A DNA stretch of 64,000 bases from Heterodontus francisci (taxonomy: Eukaryota), in NCBI RefSeq assembly GCF_036365525.1, contig NC_090380.1:78741784-78805783 (forward strand), read 5' to 3'. The notes under the pieces were generated by a model that did not search any database, was not told where the DNA came from, and was given only the letters and a program-made list of their open reading frames with translations. The translations under genes were made by a program, and so were the position numbers. This document shows positions 63,264 to 64,000 of the stretch, one piece after another (within the stretch, counting starts at the first letter, position 1; each line of letters starts with the position of its first letter).

Positions 63264-64000
63264 AATATTTCTAAGGTGTTTATTTAAATAAAATTACAGT
63301 TTTACTGTGTATATTTAGGTAAAGATGGAGATTGTGTCTCAAAGGACAAACTTCTAGACTCCAATTTAGTGTGTAAATATAAAATTGCCGCTTACATTAT
63401 TGCCATTGTGCCACAAATCTTACAGCTTCTCAAAGGATACAAAAGTGGTGTAAAACTTTTGGTGGATGTTACTTTTTTTTTAATTATATCCCAAAATACA
63501 ATACAGTTCCACTGGCTTCACATTCAGCCTCGACTTCTTCATTATGTTCATATTCAGCACAATGCCTAAATATCAGTTTATCACAAATGAATGGAATGTT
63601 CAGTTTCTACAAAATTACAAACTTTCAAAATCACAATTGACCAATTACATATAAAACAGATGATGGCAAGTGATCTTCTCATGATGATGTGAAAGGAATT
63701 AGTATGTGGCCCTTTGTGTTCTTTCAAAGGGCTGTGTGCACTCAGCTGGTCAGTGATAAGACGTATCAAGTATGCATGTTGGATTGCAGCCGTGAGCCAT
63801 ACTGCAACCCGCAGCTGTATGCTAATAAGCAGTGGCACAGACAAACGTGCCAGGGTTTTGAGCATCAGTTCAAGACAACAACTTTGGAAAAATCAAAATC
63901 CTCATCATGCAACAAAAATAACCTGCTGACCTCATGAATGTGCACATTCTGTTTTTCAAATGCATGCAATTAAATATATTAAATGAGGGCCATTCTACAA

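Overview
Eukaryotic, repeat-dominated window. The combination of HE1-like tRNA-derived SINEs, a Deu-domain SINE, abundant CR1/L2 LINEs, Penelope elements and two-gene PIF/Harbinger transposons points to a vertebrate, most likely a cartilaginous fish (inference). Most ORFs in the track are LINE reverse-transcriptase fragments or their antisense shadows. The only well-supported host coding sequence is a 1419-bp terminal exon on the minus strand (60882->59464) of a gene I cannot name; it ends in a class I PDZ-binding-type motif (-PTFV). There is also one weak candidate plus-strand exon at 24413-24496. The most interesting structures are: (i) Penelope terminal repeats carrying minimal hammerhead ribozyme motifs, including a 175-bp unit at 46163-46337 with two back-to-back hammerhead cores in a 40-bp-arm palindrome, inserted with a 17-bp TSD into its own family; (ii) a chimeric LTR-end/Harbinger-MITE/CR1-tail junction present twice, 5.7 kb apart; (iii) a roughly 11-kb nested stack in which a Harbinger element with a spliced Myb gene contains LINEs that in turn contain other elements. 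I see no prokaryote-type system (no CRISPR array, no operon) and cannot claim a wholly new system. Boundaries of old elements are approximate, and family names come from motif recognition, not database searches.
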